Shown here: positions 28,233 to 42,357 of the stretch, in pieces | Layout of the letters: every line of letters starts with the position of its first letter | Numbering within the stretch: position 1 is the first letter of the stretch | Assembly (NCBI GenBank): GCA_021613535.1 | Contig: CP075494.1 | Coordinates: 8,308,001-8,372,000 of the forward strand | From: Adineta vaga | Lineage: Eukaryota; Animalia; Rotifera | Length of the DNA stretch: 64,000 nt | Reading direction: 5' to 3' | Notes under the pieces: model-generated | Databases searched by the model: none | The model's input: the letters and a program-made list of their open reading frames with translations, nothing else | Told to the model about the DNA's origin: nothing | Program-made: the position numbers and the translations under genes

Positions 28233-29835
28233 TACTATGAAATTGAACAGTAATTGATGACTTATTTTCTCACTCACTCTCTCTCTCTCTCTCCCGCTGT
28301 GTTTGTACAAGTGTGTGCGCGTGTTGTGGTATAACAACATATCAATAATGCAAACTCTCTAGATATATGTATTTATAATTATGCGTAGATAACAGTATGA
28401 ATATATAGATTCATTTGAATATTAATAGAACAAAGTGTATTGATAAAACTAAATAAAAAAATAATAGACAAATAGAATCTTTTTATTGGTAGATATATAT
28501 TTATTGAAAGACTTTATTTATCATATAGGATACAAATATGTTGATGATGCGAGAAAGATGATATCAATTGTTGATTTATACACTCGACTAGAGATTAGTT
28601 ATCACCAATCATATGAATAACAAAGAGGATGATCTTTCTCTTTCCAGACTGTATAAATATCGTTATTAAATATATTTGATCATTTCGAATTATTGTTTGC
28701 AACTAAATATGAAGATACGGTATGATTATCTCTTCTTTTCTTGAATAGACACTCTCTTCTCAATTGTTGTTACTATATTTAAAATGAATAAGAATAATTT
28801 TCTATAATGCAAAACACATCGATATTCTGATAACATATTACTGTTAAAGGTTATTCTCTGTTGTGTGAAATGATTGATATCAACTGTATCATTGCTTGTG
28901 ACTTAACGCAATCTGATCGTTCTCATAATCATCGATGTCATCGCGATGTCCTAGACATTCTTAGCGTAGTCATCGTCTGAGTAAAGAAATATGTGACATC
29001 GACAGATATTTCATTACAAATCTTTTATCGATTAAGTTAAGTCAAAAGTAGTGCGATAGTACAAAATATTAAATAACATTCATCTACTATGTATAGTTTA
29101 TCATTACAATTCTATTATATTTCTAAAATGATGTTCCACGTCATCAGTTTATCGAAAGGATTAAAACTATAGTCGATACTTTATATTACTAGCAGTCTAA
29201 ATCATAGAAATGATCACATATTTTTTTCATTTAAATTAAGAGATTGAATTATTTCTCACACATATGTGGTGTCAAAGTGCAAACTAGTATGAATCCTTTC
29301 AAATATATGGCTAAATGATTCATATAGATCATGACTACTGTGCATGCAAATTGGGTGATTCTTTGAGTGAAATATTTGTCGATCTATCACATAGCAAAGA
29401 CATGTTGCTTTTTTATCTTTCTCATATAAATTAAAAAAATGTGTAACATGATAAAATGTAAATGATTTTGTACGCTTAAAACAAATTTGCACGTATTTCT
29501 TACTTGTGGTTATGTCTTTCATAGTCAATTGATTATTTTTGACTCTAGTGACATCTAAAACTACCATCTTTCCGATTCGATTTTCTTTTTTAACCAATTG
29601 CTTAAGACTATTCATAATCAACATGCAATACCTACCACTCATAGAATTGTGAATTATTTATAAATCTTCTTTTTAGAGAAGCGAACATTTTCAATATTAA
29701 TAAACATTATGATTGGTATTTGATTGTCAAAGTAAGACTTTCAAAACGATACTTATTCATAAGAAAAACAAGAACAAACTTACTTTCAATTTTAGTAAAA
29801 CAAATATCAACTAGAATATATCTCTCGACTCGATC

Positions 29836-32629
29836 ATGCTCGAACTTGAACCATATTCATTTGATTTATTCTGGATTTTAATTTTTGGTTTTCTCGTTGC
29901 TTTTATACTAGCATTTGGTATTGGAGCAAATGATGTAGCTAATTCATTTGGTACAAGTGTAGGAAGTAAAGTCTTAACATTAAGACAAGCATGTATTCTA
30001 GCAACTATATTCGAAATCCTTGGATCGATATTAATTGGTATGAAAAAAAGAAATTCTTTTCATTGTACTTAAATTGAATATATAGGAGCGAAAGTGTCTG
30101 ATACAATAAGGAAAGGTATTATTGATCCAACATCATTTGAAAATCCAAAAGAATTAATGCTTGGTCAACTTGCTTCATTAATTGGTAAAGAAATGCTGTT
30201 CTATTATTTCAAAAAATAAAACTCTTATTTTTCTTCTAGGTTGTTGCATATGGTTATTGGTTGCAACTTTTTTCAATTTACCAGTATCGGGTACACATAG
30301 TATCGTCGGTGCAACAGTTGGTTTTGCACTTGTTGCCCAAGGTTCTCGTGGTATTAAATGGGGTGTATTTGGTACAATTGGTATGAAGAAAAACTAGTTA
30401 TTAAGATATTTATTTGTGAAAAATTTTCTATTAGGGGCTTCCTGGTTTATTTCACCTGCATTAGCAGGCATTATTTCTATTAGTTTCTTTATATTCATAC
30501 GAAAATTCATTCTTGAACGAGTAAATAAAATTTTATTTTCAATTAAGAAAGAAAAAAATCTAATTGATATTTTTTTTAATAGACGGATCATCTCACAATT
30601 GGTCTTGCTTGGTTACCTTTTTTCTATGGTGCTACAATAATGATCAATGTCTTTTCCATCATTCATTCAGCACCACCAAGTTTGTTTCGTTGATTTTCTT
30701 TTTGTACAACTAATCTTTTTATCGGTTGTCTTTAGTTCTATATTTCGATCGAATTCCTTTATGGGGAAATCTCATTATCACAACTAGTATTGGTTTGCTT
30801 GTAGGTATTTTTGTTATGGTTGTTGTTAAACCACGTTTAAAACATAGCATCGAAGGTAAACAATTATTTGATTCTTTTAAATTATAATTGAAGTAATTCG
30901 TTTGTATATCAGAAACGTTAAAGAAGAAACGTGACTTGGAAAATAGGGATGACCAACCACAATTAACAAAAACTGAAGGTCGATTTGAGACCTATACAGG
31001 TAAATAAAATGCTAATCTAATGTATAAATCTATTTTGAAGTGTATTTCAAAGCTTTTGAAACGATTCAAGTATGTATATGATTAAAGTTGATGTAACAAT
31101 TACTAATCTTAATAATACTTCAGAAAATTTGTTGGGAAAAAGAATATCTTGATTTAGAATAACTCATAAATCTTACTTGTGTTGATTGAAAGATCTTCTT
31201 TTCAAATAGTTTTTGAATAAATATTAAAGTTTTTCAGTCGAATTTAGTAACTCGTTTGGAAAATGTTAATACAAGTGACAAGGAAACACAAATTGATCAT
31301 ATATCAATGTTAAAAGAATACGATCTTATACGTTATCAACAACAACATCCCGATCAATTTCGTCCTTATGGTAAATCTATCTTGAATCATAGATGAGTTT
31401 TAAATAAGAAAACTTTATTTTCTAGTTGAAATGCAACGAATACGAAAGGATTCAGAAACCTTGTCGAATTCAGGTCATAGTGTAGTTTCACGTCCACGTC
31501 GAGAAAGTGACCGAATACGTTATGAGATTGTACCAACAGAAAATGCAAGTGTTGCCGGACATCGCACTAATCCAACACCATCAATAATTCGTGAAGTAAA
31601 GAAAATAAATGAGAGAAAATTTAATCATCTTTTCGATCATTTTAGAAAACAAAAATTTATCGTTTACCACAATATTCAAATTCGATTAGTATACCAGGTT
31701 CTGCAATTAATGAGAACAAAAGTTTAATACTAGCTTCAGGTAATGGAGATTCATTAGTTGAGAAGATTATTTCATGTAGAAATGAGTTACCCCATTCTTT
31801 TCTAGATGATGATAACATGTCAACAATATCCGCTAATCAAATGAGTTCAAATGAAGATTTAGATGAAGTGGAAGATAAAATGCCAGATATCTCAACGAAA
31901 AAAGTTTGTTTTTCATATTGTAGAATCGAATTTATAATCATGTAAAAGTTTTCTTTTAGAAAAAAGTTGATACAACTAATGATTCTTTAGAAATTGCTAG
32001 TATCTTTAAATATTTGCAAATTCTCACTGCCATATTTGGAGCATTTGCTCATGGTGGAAATGATGTCAGGTATATACTCAATCTACAATAATATACTAAT
32101 TGAAAAACAGTTCAAAGTTGAATTATTCCTGGATTTTTTTTCTCTAGTAATGCAATTGGTCCATTGATTGGTCTTTGGTTAATTTATGTCGATGGTTCGG
32201 TTGCTGCAAAATCAGCAACACCACTTTGGGTATTATTCTTTGGTGGTCTTGGTATATCAGTGGGTCTTTGGGTTTGGGGTCGTCGTGTTATTCGTACGAT
32301 TGGAGAAGATTTAACGAAAATAACACCATCAAGGTAATGTCGTAAGATTTTTGAAGACTACTTTGATAAATCAATATTGTCTTTTTAGTGGTTTTATTAT
32401 TGAAATTTCAACTGCATTTACAGTTCTTTTTGCATCAAATTTTTCAATTCCAATAAGTACCACGCATTGCAAAGTCGGAAGTGTCGTCGCTATTGGTCGT
32501 ATTCGTTCAAAACAAAGTGTTGATTGGTCTTTATTTCGAAATATAATCGTTGCTTGGATTGTTACAGTACCTGTAACTGGTGGAATAGCTGCTGGTGTTA
32601 TGGCTCTTCTCCGTCGTTTCTGTCTTTAG
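29836..32629 (+). CDS. Sodium-dependent phosphate transporter (SLC20/PiT, PHO4 family)
   Basis: [36 protein letters not shown]|NAIGPL and [12 protein letters not shown]. Large central loop. A cis 5'UTR intron is likely at about 29732-29795. Confidence 0.95.
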
Positions 32630-32877
32630 GAAAAACTCTTATTCATTCTTCTCCTTCTTCTTCCTGATACACAAAATGAATTTTGGAATGTTCTTATCTC
32701 TGACTTCGTTTACTTTGAATTTCTTTCTCGTTTTACATTACATTTTTGTTTTTTGAGATTGTCATTTTTTAGCTCTAGTACCTCTTTTGCGAAAATATAC
32801 ACAAATTAACTAGTCAGTACATATTTAGAACACTCTTTTAGATTTGAAAGAATATATTTTTCAACAATATTAATAAA

Positions 32878-35800
32878 ATGGCCTCCAATAAAGTAAATAT
32901 TGATTTCTATGTATTTTAATGTTGTATTTTGATTTTATTCATAGGAAGCATTAGCTCTTGTAGTTGATATTGGTGTTGGTATGTCTCAAGTCGCACCAGG
33001 ATTCGATTCACCATTACAAATCACAAGTGATATTCTACAAATGATCGTTCAGAGAAAAGTAATACAAAAATATTAGGTCTCATTTTCTTTCTACTACAAC
33101 GATTCTTCTTGTAAAATAGATGTTTCAACAGAGTAAAGATGAATTAGCATTAGTCTTGTATGGTGCTGACGAAACAAATAATGAATTAGCTGATGATGAT
33201 AATTATCAGAATGTCAGTGTTGCCTTTTCATTAGCACCTGCCAATTGGCATTTATTTGAAGAAATCCAAAAAATACGACCAGGCAACAATCCAGCTGATT
33301 GTAAGCATTTAAAAAGAACGGGATACAATGATAATTACAAGTTTAAAAAAATCGCTTTTTCTAGTAGTCGATGCTATCGTTGTTGCTGCCGATCATCTTC
33401 GTCGAGAAACAGAGTATGTTTTAAATAACTGATGTATGAAAAAGAAAACAAGTTGCTTTCATTTAGAGGAAAACGTGGTTATGCTGCTAAACGTGTTTTA
33501 CTATTTACAAATGCTGCTACACCATTCAGTGATCATAATCTTAAAATTATTCTTGAGTCACTTCGACGACAAGATATTATCGTTGATGCCATTGGACCGA
33601 CATGGGGTCAACAACAAGAGGAAGAAGAACAACAACAACAGCAGCAGCAAGAGAATGATGCACCGGAAAATTCAAGTGCCCATCCCGATTCACCGATGCA
33701 CACAAACGAACATAGTAAAGAAGAATCGGCTAGTGCTCGTCCAACCACCAATGGTCATGATCATCATCAACAGCATCGAAGTCCAAAAAAGCCATTGACT
33801 CAACAACAACAAACCGGTATTCGTGTTATTAGTGATATTGTCAATACAACAGATGGAACTCTATTTACATTCCGGTAAGATAATATCATTAGAGAAAAAA
33901 CAGAACTGCATTCTTTATTGTAGTGAAGCACTAGGTATTCTCAGTGTTCATCAATCCAAAGTTGTTAAACCAACAGCAACAAAATATGTGATGCAATTAG
34001 CTGATCTTAAACTACATATCTGTACTTATATACAAGTAAAGCTAGAGAGTTAAATATAGTCTTTCTCTGAATTTTCTTGTTTTATTATTTATTAGGTAAA
34101 AGATAATAAACCCGGAATATTTCGTTTGAAAAAAGTCTATGCACGTGATCCAACAACAGAAATTAAAGTTGATCGTAGTCGTTACACGAAAGATGAACAA
34201 GATGAAGAAATTGAAAAAGAAGAGCTGACAGATGGATTTCGTTATGGAACAACATTTGTACCTATTACAAAAGAAACATTAGAAGATATGAAATATCAAA
34301 GTGAAAAATGTTTTTCAATTATTGGATTTTCGGATGCAAAAACGGTTAGTCCTAATGAATATTTCTCTATTGAATTTAATTGCTCTTTTAGATGCAACGA
34401 AGTCTTTATCTAGGCGATACAGTTTATGAAGTTATTGCCGAACCAGCATATGAGGTAAATTTGTCTTTACTATTCCGATTGTGATATCTTTTTCTTCGAT
34501 TTTTCTTTCATTTCAGGAAGAAGCTCAAGTTTTCACCGGTCTTGTTCAAGCTATGTATGAAACAAATTCTGTCGCTATTGTTCGTAAATGTTTTAGTGAA
34601 AGAAGTTCACCTGAATTAGGATTTTTACGTCCACATATTGCTCATGATCATATTGTAAGTAGTAAATCAAGAATACTGTTTGTTTCGTCAAAGTAATGTT
34701 CGTCGATCTTTCTTTTTAGTGTATGTATTATGTAAAATTACCATTTGCAGAGGATGTACGTGGATTTGATTTTGACAATCTTGATGCGATAAAACGAAAT
34801 CAACCAAGCGAGGAACAATTAAAAACAATTGATAATTTAATCACAACAATGGATTTAACACACGCTGATCGAGGGTTTGCATAATTTGAATTTAGAAAAA
34901 AATCCAGTGAATAAGGAGAGAAATTTTCTAGAGGTGAAGAAGCATTTCAACCAGAACTAATGTCAAATCCATACATTCAACGAATGTTTCAAGTATGCAT
35001 TCCACTTACATGCTATTTATCTAGTTTAATCTAGAACATCTTTTTAGTCAATTGCTCGACGTGCTGTTACTCCTGAAGATCCATTATCATTATCGAATAC
35101 AATTATGGAAATGAATGAAACATTAATTCGATCAGTAGCGACGAAAAGTAAACGAACATTAGATGAACTTCATGATCAATTTGTCCTACAAGATACTAAT
35201 CGTCGACAGAAAATTACGACTGGTGATGCACTTTTTGGCAATAATGATATGTATGCTTAAGCAAACAAATTAAACACAAGACATTCTTCTTCTTTTAGTT
35301 CAGCAAAAAAAGTTCGCTATGAAGAGAATGGTGAAGAAGCGACAACTGATTCAACATCATTTGAAGCTCAAGCAGCTGCAAAAAAGAAAGCAGCATTAAA
35401 AACAGTTGGTACAGTGACACCAGTAGAAGATTTCAAGATTTTAATTGAACAAGGTTCACCATCGTTTACTGATGTATGTAAACAAATGTGTACACTTATT
35501 ATTGATCTTATCAATAATTCTCATGGTGATTCATTGTTCGAAAAAGCATTACAATGTGTTCAATGTTTACGTGAAGCATGTATTAACAAATTAGAACCAA
35601 AATTATTCAATGATTTCGAAGTTGTATTAAAAAAACAAGCAGCAGATATTGATGGAAGAAAAGATTTTTGGAAAAAACTTGTCGAAGGTATGTTATAAGA
35701 ATTACAAAATGAAGCTTTTATTATTAGGAGAAATATCTGAAACACTCCTATTTTCGTTTTCAGAAAAAATCAGTTTAATAACCAGTGAAGAATGTATTGA

Positions 35801-35988
35801 ATCCAATGTGATACCTATCGAAGCAAAGAAATTTCTTGAAGAAGAAACAGCAAATGAAGCAATGAATAATCTATCAATTGTCGGTGATCAGGATGATAAT
35901 GAAGAAGATCTTGTAAGTAGAATATATTATTCATTTTCGAAGAAAACAAAATCTCATTTTGCATTGATTATAGTTTGATCTCATCTAA
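32878..35988 (+). CDS. XRCC5: Ku80 (vWA, Ku core, C-terminal helical domain, DNA-PKcs-binding tail)
   Basis: MASNK|EALALVVDIGVGMS, SKDELALVLYG, GFRYGTTFVP, KCFSIIGF, YVKLPFAEDVR, NPYIQRMFQ, VGTVTPVEDF, and C-terminal EEDL|FDLI* resembling the PIKK-binding tail. Confidence 0.92.
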
Positions 35989-36689
35989 AAAATTTACAAA
36001 CACAGTGATCGACATTACAATTTTTAGTTTTTATTTTCGTTTAGAAAATTTCATATTTTGTATATAAAATCTCGTTTTTGTGTTGTGTTTTTATTGACAA
36101 ATAATATTGTAATAAGCGGTGATCAAAAGAATAACAATAAATAATATTTTTTCATAAATCAAATGCTTAAAATCATCATTATTTCTTTATTCTGTTGTTG
36201 CATATTGGCATATCGAAAACACAATGATCATCCCTATTCTATTCTAGGTTTCACAGATAATTCTAGTTTTATGTTCAAAATCAGGAAGGAACTGCTCAAC
36301 CATAACTCGAAAGCATTCAACTCAACACATTGAGATTTATTCCAGAATAATTTCTCATAAAACAAATTTCTTTCTCAACATATGAAGTTATTTTTGTGCT
36401 TTGATTTCCCCTACTCTGTTTCAATATCCGCCAAAAATATCATGTAAATAGCCTACTTAAATGCATGTTATAAACAAATGAATACCTATTTTGATAATTT
36501 CAAATAAGCACGTTGAAAACAAATTGCATTGTTTTTCTCCGTTAATTATCTTTGCGTCAATATTACTTGAATATAAATTACTTTACGTGATAAAACGATT
36601 TTCTTTATATTTAAAAAAAAATGAATATTTTATTATGATGTTTTTGAGTATTTAAACGTATTGTTAGTCTGTTTATTTCGATAAGAAAA

Positions 36690-37883
36690 ATGCAATTTTT
36701 CATCTATTTTCTTATATTCTCTTCAGTTCCAATTCTGATCACCGGTTTCTCTCAATATGGAATTATTCGTAATGCTTCGATCAAATTACCCTTTGGTGTT
36801 AATAATGATACTGGTTATGAGATAAAAAAAGCCAATTGTAATCAATGTCTTTGTCATGCAGTTCGTGATCCTACTGTTGTATTATTTACATGTACCCAAG
36901 ATCAACCAATGCAAGTTGTTTGTCAAACATATTATTTTATGCCAAAACGCGATGAAATTGAATATCCGAAGAACGATACAGATATATATTTGATACAAGC
37001 AAATAAAACATTTGAAAAGAAGGATGATTGTTGTAATACTACAAAACTTATCGAGAAAATCAAAGAACAATTGCAATTACCGACAATCAACCGAACGATT
37101 TATCCCTCAAATGTACGTTCACTAGCTGAAGGTGATAATGAAACAATCCTTACAGTTGTTGCTCATGATGAGAGACCTAAAAAGAAATTACTCAAATTCG
37201 ATAAAGTAAAATTTCTAAATCTTCCTGTACCAGATATTACTTCATCATTGATGTCGGTGGGTTATCATAAAGATAGATATTATTTTGGAACAGATGACTC
37301 TAATATAGGTATTTATGATAGTACCATGTCGCGTAACTACGGTCCGATTCTGAGCATACACGATGACGTGCCAAATATTCGCTTTCTCAAACAGACCGAC
37401 CAAATGCTTGCTGCTGCTTCATCAAGCGGCATATATTTATGTGAAAAAGATGGTGATGGACTATTAAAAAATTGTTCACAGATACCAAATATCGCTCCTG
37501 CAAAAAAACTACATGCTATTGGTGTTGTTCCGAATGAAACAGCATTTTATGTTGGTTCGAAGGATGCAGATCAGAATATTCATCTCTATAGACTTCAGGA
37601 AAATGGTACGTGGACAACTAATGACAATGATAAGATTAATCATACTTTACCTGTATCAGATCTTGTTGTTGATGATTGTCAAAGAATATGGGCAGTTGAA
37701 CCTCGAAGTGATCGAATAAGGATCTATGATCAAGATAAAACGTTTCTGGCTGAAATTGAATTAAACACTACTAACCTTAACAATCTGATGATTGTGGAAA
37801 ATTATAGAATGTTCATGACACATGATTCACTTTATGGTTTACAGACGATTTCACCATCTCTGAATTGTCGTCCAGTCCGATGA
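36690..37883 (+). CDS. Intronless secreted protein: signal peptide, Cys-rich N-terminal module, probable beta-propeller
   Basis: Hydrophobic N-terminus (MQFFIYFLIFSSVPILITG), a CNQCLC...C...C module and CC linker, repeated beta-strand-like segments (LVVDDCQRIWAVE, IRIYD) and many NxS/T sequons. The fold call is inference. Confidence 0.7.
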   Translation: MQFFIYFLIFSSVPILITGFSQYGIIRNASIKLPFGVNNDTGYEIKKANCNQCLCHAVRDPTVVLFTCTQDQPMQVVCQTYYFMPKRDEIEYPKNDTDIYLIQANKTFEKKDDCCNTTKLIEKIKEQLQLPTINRTIYPSNVRSLAEGDNETILTVVAHDERPKKKLLKFDKVKFLNLPVPDITSSLMSVGYHKDRYYFGTDDSNIGIYDSTMSRNYGPILSIHDDVPNIRFLKQTDQMLAAASSSGIYLCEKDGDGLLKNCSQIPNIAPAKKLHAIGVVPNETAFYVGSKDADQNIHLYRLQENGTWTTNDNDKINHTLPVSDLVVDDCQRIWAVEPRSDRIRIYDQDKTFLAEIELNTTNLNNLMIVENYRMFMTHDSLYGLQTISPSLNCRPVR

Positions 37884-38180
37884 AAAGAAAAACCAACTTT
37901 TCAGTTCTGTTTCATTGAACTACTTTACGTAAACCAAATAAACTGACTTTTTAGATATTATTTTAAAATTTCAACTTTTGTGTATGCAAGACTCTGTGCC
38001 ATAGTGAAATAAACAAGAGATTGATATCTTATCAGTAGAACTTTCACGATTAGTAGAGTATAGATTCGTTTTCGAACGAGCAATTAAAATAGAGGCGCAT
38101 CTAGAAAAAAAAGCATTTTCGTTCAAGTCTTCAGTATAACTTTGGTAATTTCAAAGAATTTATCTGAACTATTAATAAAT

Positions 38181-39010
38181 ATGTGCGAACAATCGAATTT
38201 TTTTAATTGTAATTCTTTCGATGATTGTATTGAAAATGATGATTGGCGACCAAGTCAAGAATTATTATTGACACGCTTTGCAGCGATTGAATATTCTGAT
38301 ATGTTTCGAACAATCAATCAAGATTGTAAGTCACATTAACTGAATGGTAATTTTCTCCTCAAGTTTTTTCGTACTAGATGGTTCATTTTACCATCGGCAA
38401 ACAACATCACCATGTATACCTGATAGACTTACAGAAAAAGTTCATCGACGACAAGAACGATTTATGGATTGGCTTTATACTCAAACTTCTCAGCAACTAT
38501 CATCAAATACATGTAGAAACAATCTCTTTTCAGAACAAAATATCGAAACATTGAAGTAAATCTTTCTTTGATTAATTACTTTACAGTCACTTGAAAAACT
38601 ATAAATTTAGAATTACTCATCGAAAGAAATTATCTGCATGTCATATTGATGATGTAGTAAGTATTTTGTTTTATCAAAAAATGATGAAAAATATTGTTTA
38701 ATTTATAAATTAGATTATTGACTTTCTTGTTAAACAAATTCAATATCGATTAAGAGATCTTATTGATCCGTGTGATGTATGTGACTAGCTGCATTGGTTC
38801 GAACTTTATTTTGTCTATATTTAGTATCCTGATGTACTCAATTGTGCTAGAATTCTTATTATAGATTTATTGAATCAGTATCCTTCGCTATGTACTGAAG
38901 ATGTGATCAATCGAGTGATTGGAATGATGAACACACCGTCTTGTTATCCAGTAACACCTCCATCTTCAAGTTTTTTTCCAGTGACGAATTCTACCACTTT
39001 GAATTATTAA
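38181..39010 (+). CDS. Uncharacterized multi-exon helical protein
   Basis: About five exons join in frame across short GT-AG introns, from MCEQSNFF... to ...YPDVLNCARILIIDLLNQYPSLC...STTLNY*. AATAAA at about 39096. No family recognised. Confidence 0.6.
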
Positions 39011-39287
39011 GTGAAAATGATCTTTACGAATGGCAGTAAAAGATTTCGATAGGCTATGTCTGAATTAAAAATCATAACTTTTATTGCTATGCAGAAATAA
39101 AATGTCATCAGTTCGAATAGACAAATAAACAAAAGAAGGAAAAATTAACAGTTGAAACAAAATCCAATAGACATATACAGACAAAAGATAATTTCGAGTT
39201 TTCAATTCTTCTGTACTGTCGGATAAATAAAAAAACAAACAAATGAATAGATATGTTCATGGTTTATATAGGATAGAACTAAATAAT

Positions 39288-42215
39288 TTACAAAGATTCA
39301 AGAATGAGTTGCTCTTGAGGATATAATTTTAACTGTTCGAATGTATCTGTTGGATCCAATGTTGTTAACTAAATACAGAAAAAGAAGATTAGAATATAAT
39401 AATTTCAATAGCATACATCTCGTTTAGGATAAGTCGTCAGAAGTTTATATTCGCCGAGCATTCGTCCTTCACTTGTCAGATAATCGAATAATACCTGAAG
39501 AAATAGGAAGATAGATTTGAGTTTGAATGTAATTTGAAGAGTTGTTTTCTAACTCACTTGAAGATTATCTTGTAAACGAAACCGTCTCATAAGTACACCT
39601 TCATTATCAGGTAAACGAATTTTCAAGCGACTAATATTCTTTTCCGTTTCATCGGGCTCATCTGGTAGACGAGCTTTTGATTCTTGTTTTTGTTGCTAGA
39701 AAGAAAAATCAAAGTGAGTTGTTTAGCCTTTTCCTTTTATGCAAAAATTTCTTACCGATCTCTTTTCAATTGATAATTTCGTTTCTTCTTCTTCTTTTTT
39801 TCGTGCTTCTTCTTTAGCTAGATCAGCTAGACGTGACTGTTCATATTCATCTTCTTGCTGTCTTTTAAGATTTTCACGTTTTTCTCTCATTACTTCTTCA
39901 TCCATATCACGTAATCGTTGTTGTTCGAATGAATCATGTGATTGAATAAGATTCAATAAAACTTCAGCTGGTGTACTTTTACCTTCAATAATGTTTATTA
40001 ATTCTAATAAACCACGAGAACGAATAACAATCAATAATAATGGAAAAGCATCCTTTTCCATTGAACCAACACGCTGCGCACATTGATTACCTACACATCG
40101 TCGTAGTGTTTCTAATAATCTAAAACAAATACGAATAAGAATAGAAAACAACTTTCAAAACATACCGAATTCGATTTACATCCGATGTCACATCCCAAGC
40201 CCAAAAAGTATAATTATTTGCTAAATATTCAATAATTGAATCAAGAGCTAAAACCTGAGAACAGAATACATTTGCACAAACAGAATGATCATTATGCAGA
40301 TAGATCGCTAATGGACGTCTCTAAAAGTGTAAATAAACGATGATGGATCCTTATTCGATATTGAATATTTACATTATGTATAGAGGTGTAGAGTGAATGT
40401 TGGATTGCTTGATCTAATGAACCCATATATAGTATTAGACCATTTGAACCATAACGTGAATGGAAAATACGTGAGAAATGTTCGAGAGCAAAATTTTCAT
40501 CTGTAAATTCATCGGGAACTAATGAAAAAGACAAATATTTATAAATCTCTTGATTAAATTAAAAGTCGATTGCTTTTCACATTACAAGTGATACGATAGT
40601 CTGAATGACCGAATCTTAACTTACTAAGTGATTGTCGACCTGTCATAAGTCCCGTATTGACTGTTGTTGCTGAAGTATTATGAGATAAAATAGTAATATC
40701 ATCATCTTCATAGTTTGTTGATCCTATATCACGATCAATTTCCATATCTTCATCTTCACTACGACTTGTGCCAAATATTAATTGCTAATTATAAAGAAAA
40801 GAAATTAAAATTTTCAAAATTGATTTTCTTATTCTTACATTTGAATCTCGTTGTGTAGTTGGTAGTTTTTGATTTGATGATGTATCTGAATGACGAACAA
40901 CTAATTGTCCATGTGGAGCAATCGATGTCTGACGTAATTCATCCTAAAAATTTCCAAATATGCATATCAAGTACTATCTGTTAATTATCTTACTGAATCT
41001 TTTGCACCTAATAAACCTTGCCATATTTGTTGTTTCAATGGTATATGCGCTGAAGTTTCAATTTGTTTTTTCATCTAAATATTGAAATAGATGTATATTC
41101 GTTCTTGTAAATAAACAACGATATACTTCATTAATCGTTGTGTTCGAATCTAAAACAAGTTTATATGGAATTACTGAACCAGTTTTATCTTCACATAGCA
41201 CCGTTAATGGAAAATCTTTTGAATTATGAGATGATGTAGTGGTATGATTTTGTTGTCGTCTAAAATCATTGAAAACGATATATTCAGATTAAGAAAATCA
41301 AATGGAATTTATTACTCGGTCGAACCATTTTCTATCGATGATAGATGAATAGTATTTTCTAATGGAAGATGAAGATCTCGTAGTTTCGTCTAGAAGGAAA
41401 AAAAGAGTTTCTTGTTATAAGAAGATTTTATGTGATATACATACTCGGTCATCGTAACTCTTCATTTTCCAGTTGAGAAAATCTTGTTTCTGAACAGGAA
41501 CATGAAGTTTTTCAGCTATTTTTTCACGTAATTCAACTAAAATACGATTCCTATAGGAAACAAAAAGAAAATGAATTCTAATACATACGAACTGTTTCAT
41601 TGTCAAATATATCGATTCTTTCGGTTTGATCACAATATTCAATTGTAAACTGTAAAGTACGTACTAGAAAGAAAAACAATTATCTTTTATTATCCATCTA
41701 AAAAGACACGCTGGTCTCTTTTTACTAACCTGGTCCATTGTTTATTATTGAAGTAGCTCCAGCTATTGTTCTTTGTCGTCCAGATATAGTTTTAATAATT
41801 TGTGGTTCATCTGAATCATCCAGATCATTTGCATCTGATTGACGTTTGTTTTTATTACTATTTTGATTCGTTGAAGTGTTTTCTACTGATGTCATCTGAT
41901 CATTGCTTGTTTGTTGAACTGGTACTGTTGATTCGTTTTCATTTCTATCACCAATTCCTTCATGAACTGCTTGAATAGCATTCTAGAATTTGCATTAATA
42001 AAAGATTAAGACCAAAGAATGATGATGATGATGATTAATTCATTCATTCTTACCATTAAATTCCATTCATGTTGTTGTAGAATATGAATACATTCCTCCA
42101 TATTTTCTAAACCCGTACAATCCTAGAACATACTGAATTTAGATAAGAAAAGAATTATAATTATGAAATTTACTTGAAAATCAGATAAGATTCGTTCACG
42201 TGATTCTTCACTCAT
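39288..42215 (-). CDS. FAF1: FAS-associated factor 1 (UBA, ubiquitin-like x2, UAS, coiled coil, UBX)
   Basis: UBA: MSEESRERILSDFQ|DCTGLENMEECIHILQQHEWNL. UAS: FCSQVL...FWAWDVT and FPLLLIVIRSR. Coil: QQEDEYEQSRLAD. UBX: LPDEP...RLKIRLP...RRFRLQD...LLTTYPKR...LYPQEQLILE. Confidence 0.92.
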
Positions 42216-42357
42216 CTCTTTTCTTTTATAAATAAACTGATATCTAAAAATATCACGTTTATTAATAATAAAGAAATAAAACAAATGATTTATTTTAATT
42301 ATTTTTTCTGTAGAATAAAAATAATGTTTATCACAGGTATCAACGAATTGAAATTCA

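Noticed and set aside
28932-29002. 9-bp inverted repeat TCGATGTCA/TGACATCGA
   Set aside because: Too short, with no TSD or further structure.
29732-29795. Acceptor upstream of the SLC20 ATG as a trans-splice site
   Set aside because: A good GTAAGA donor lies about 64 nt upstream, so an ordinary cis 5'UTR intron explains it.
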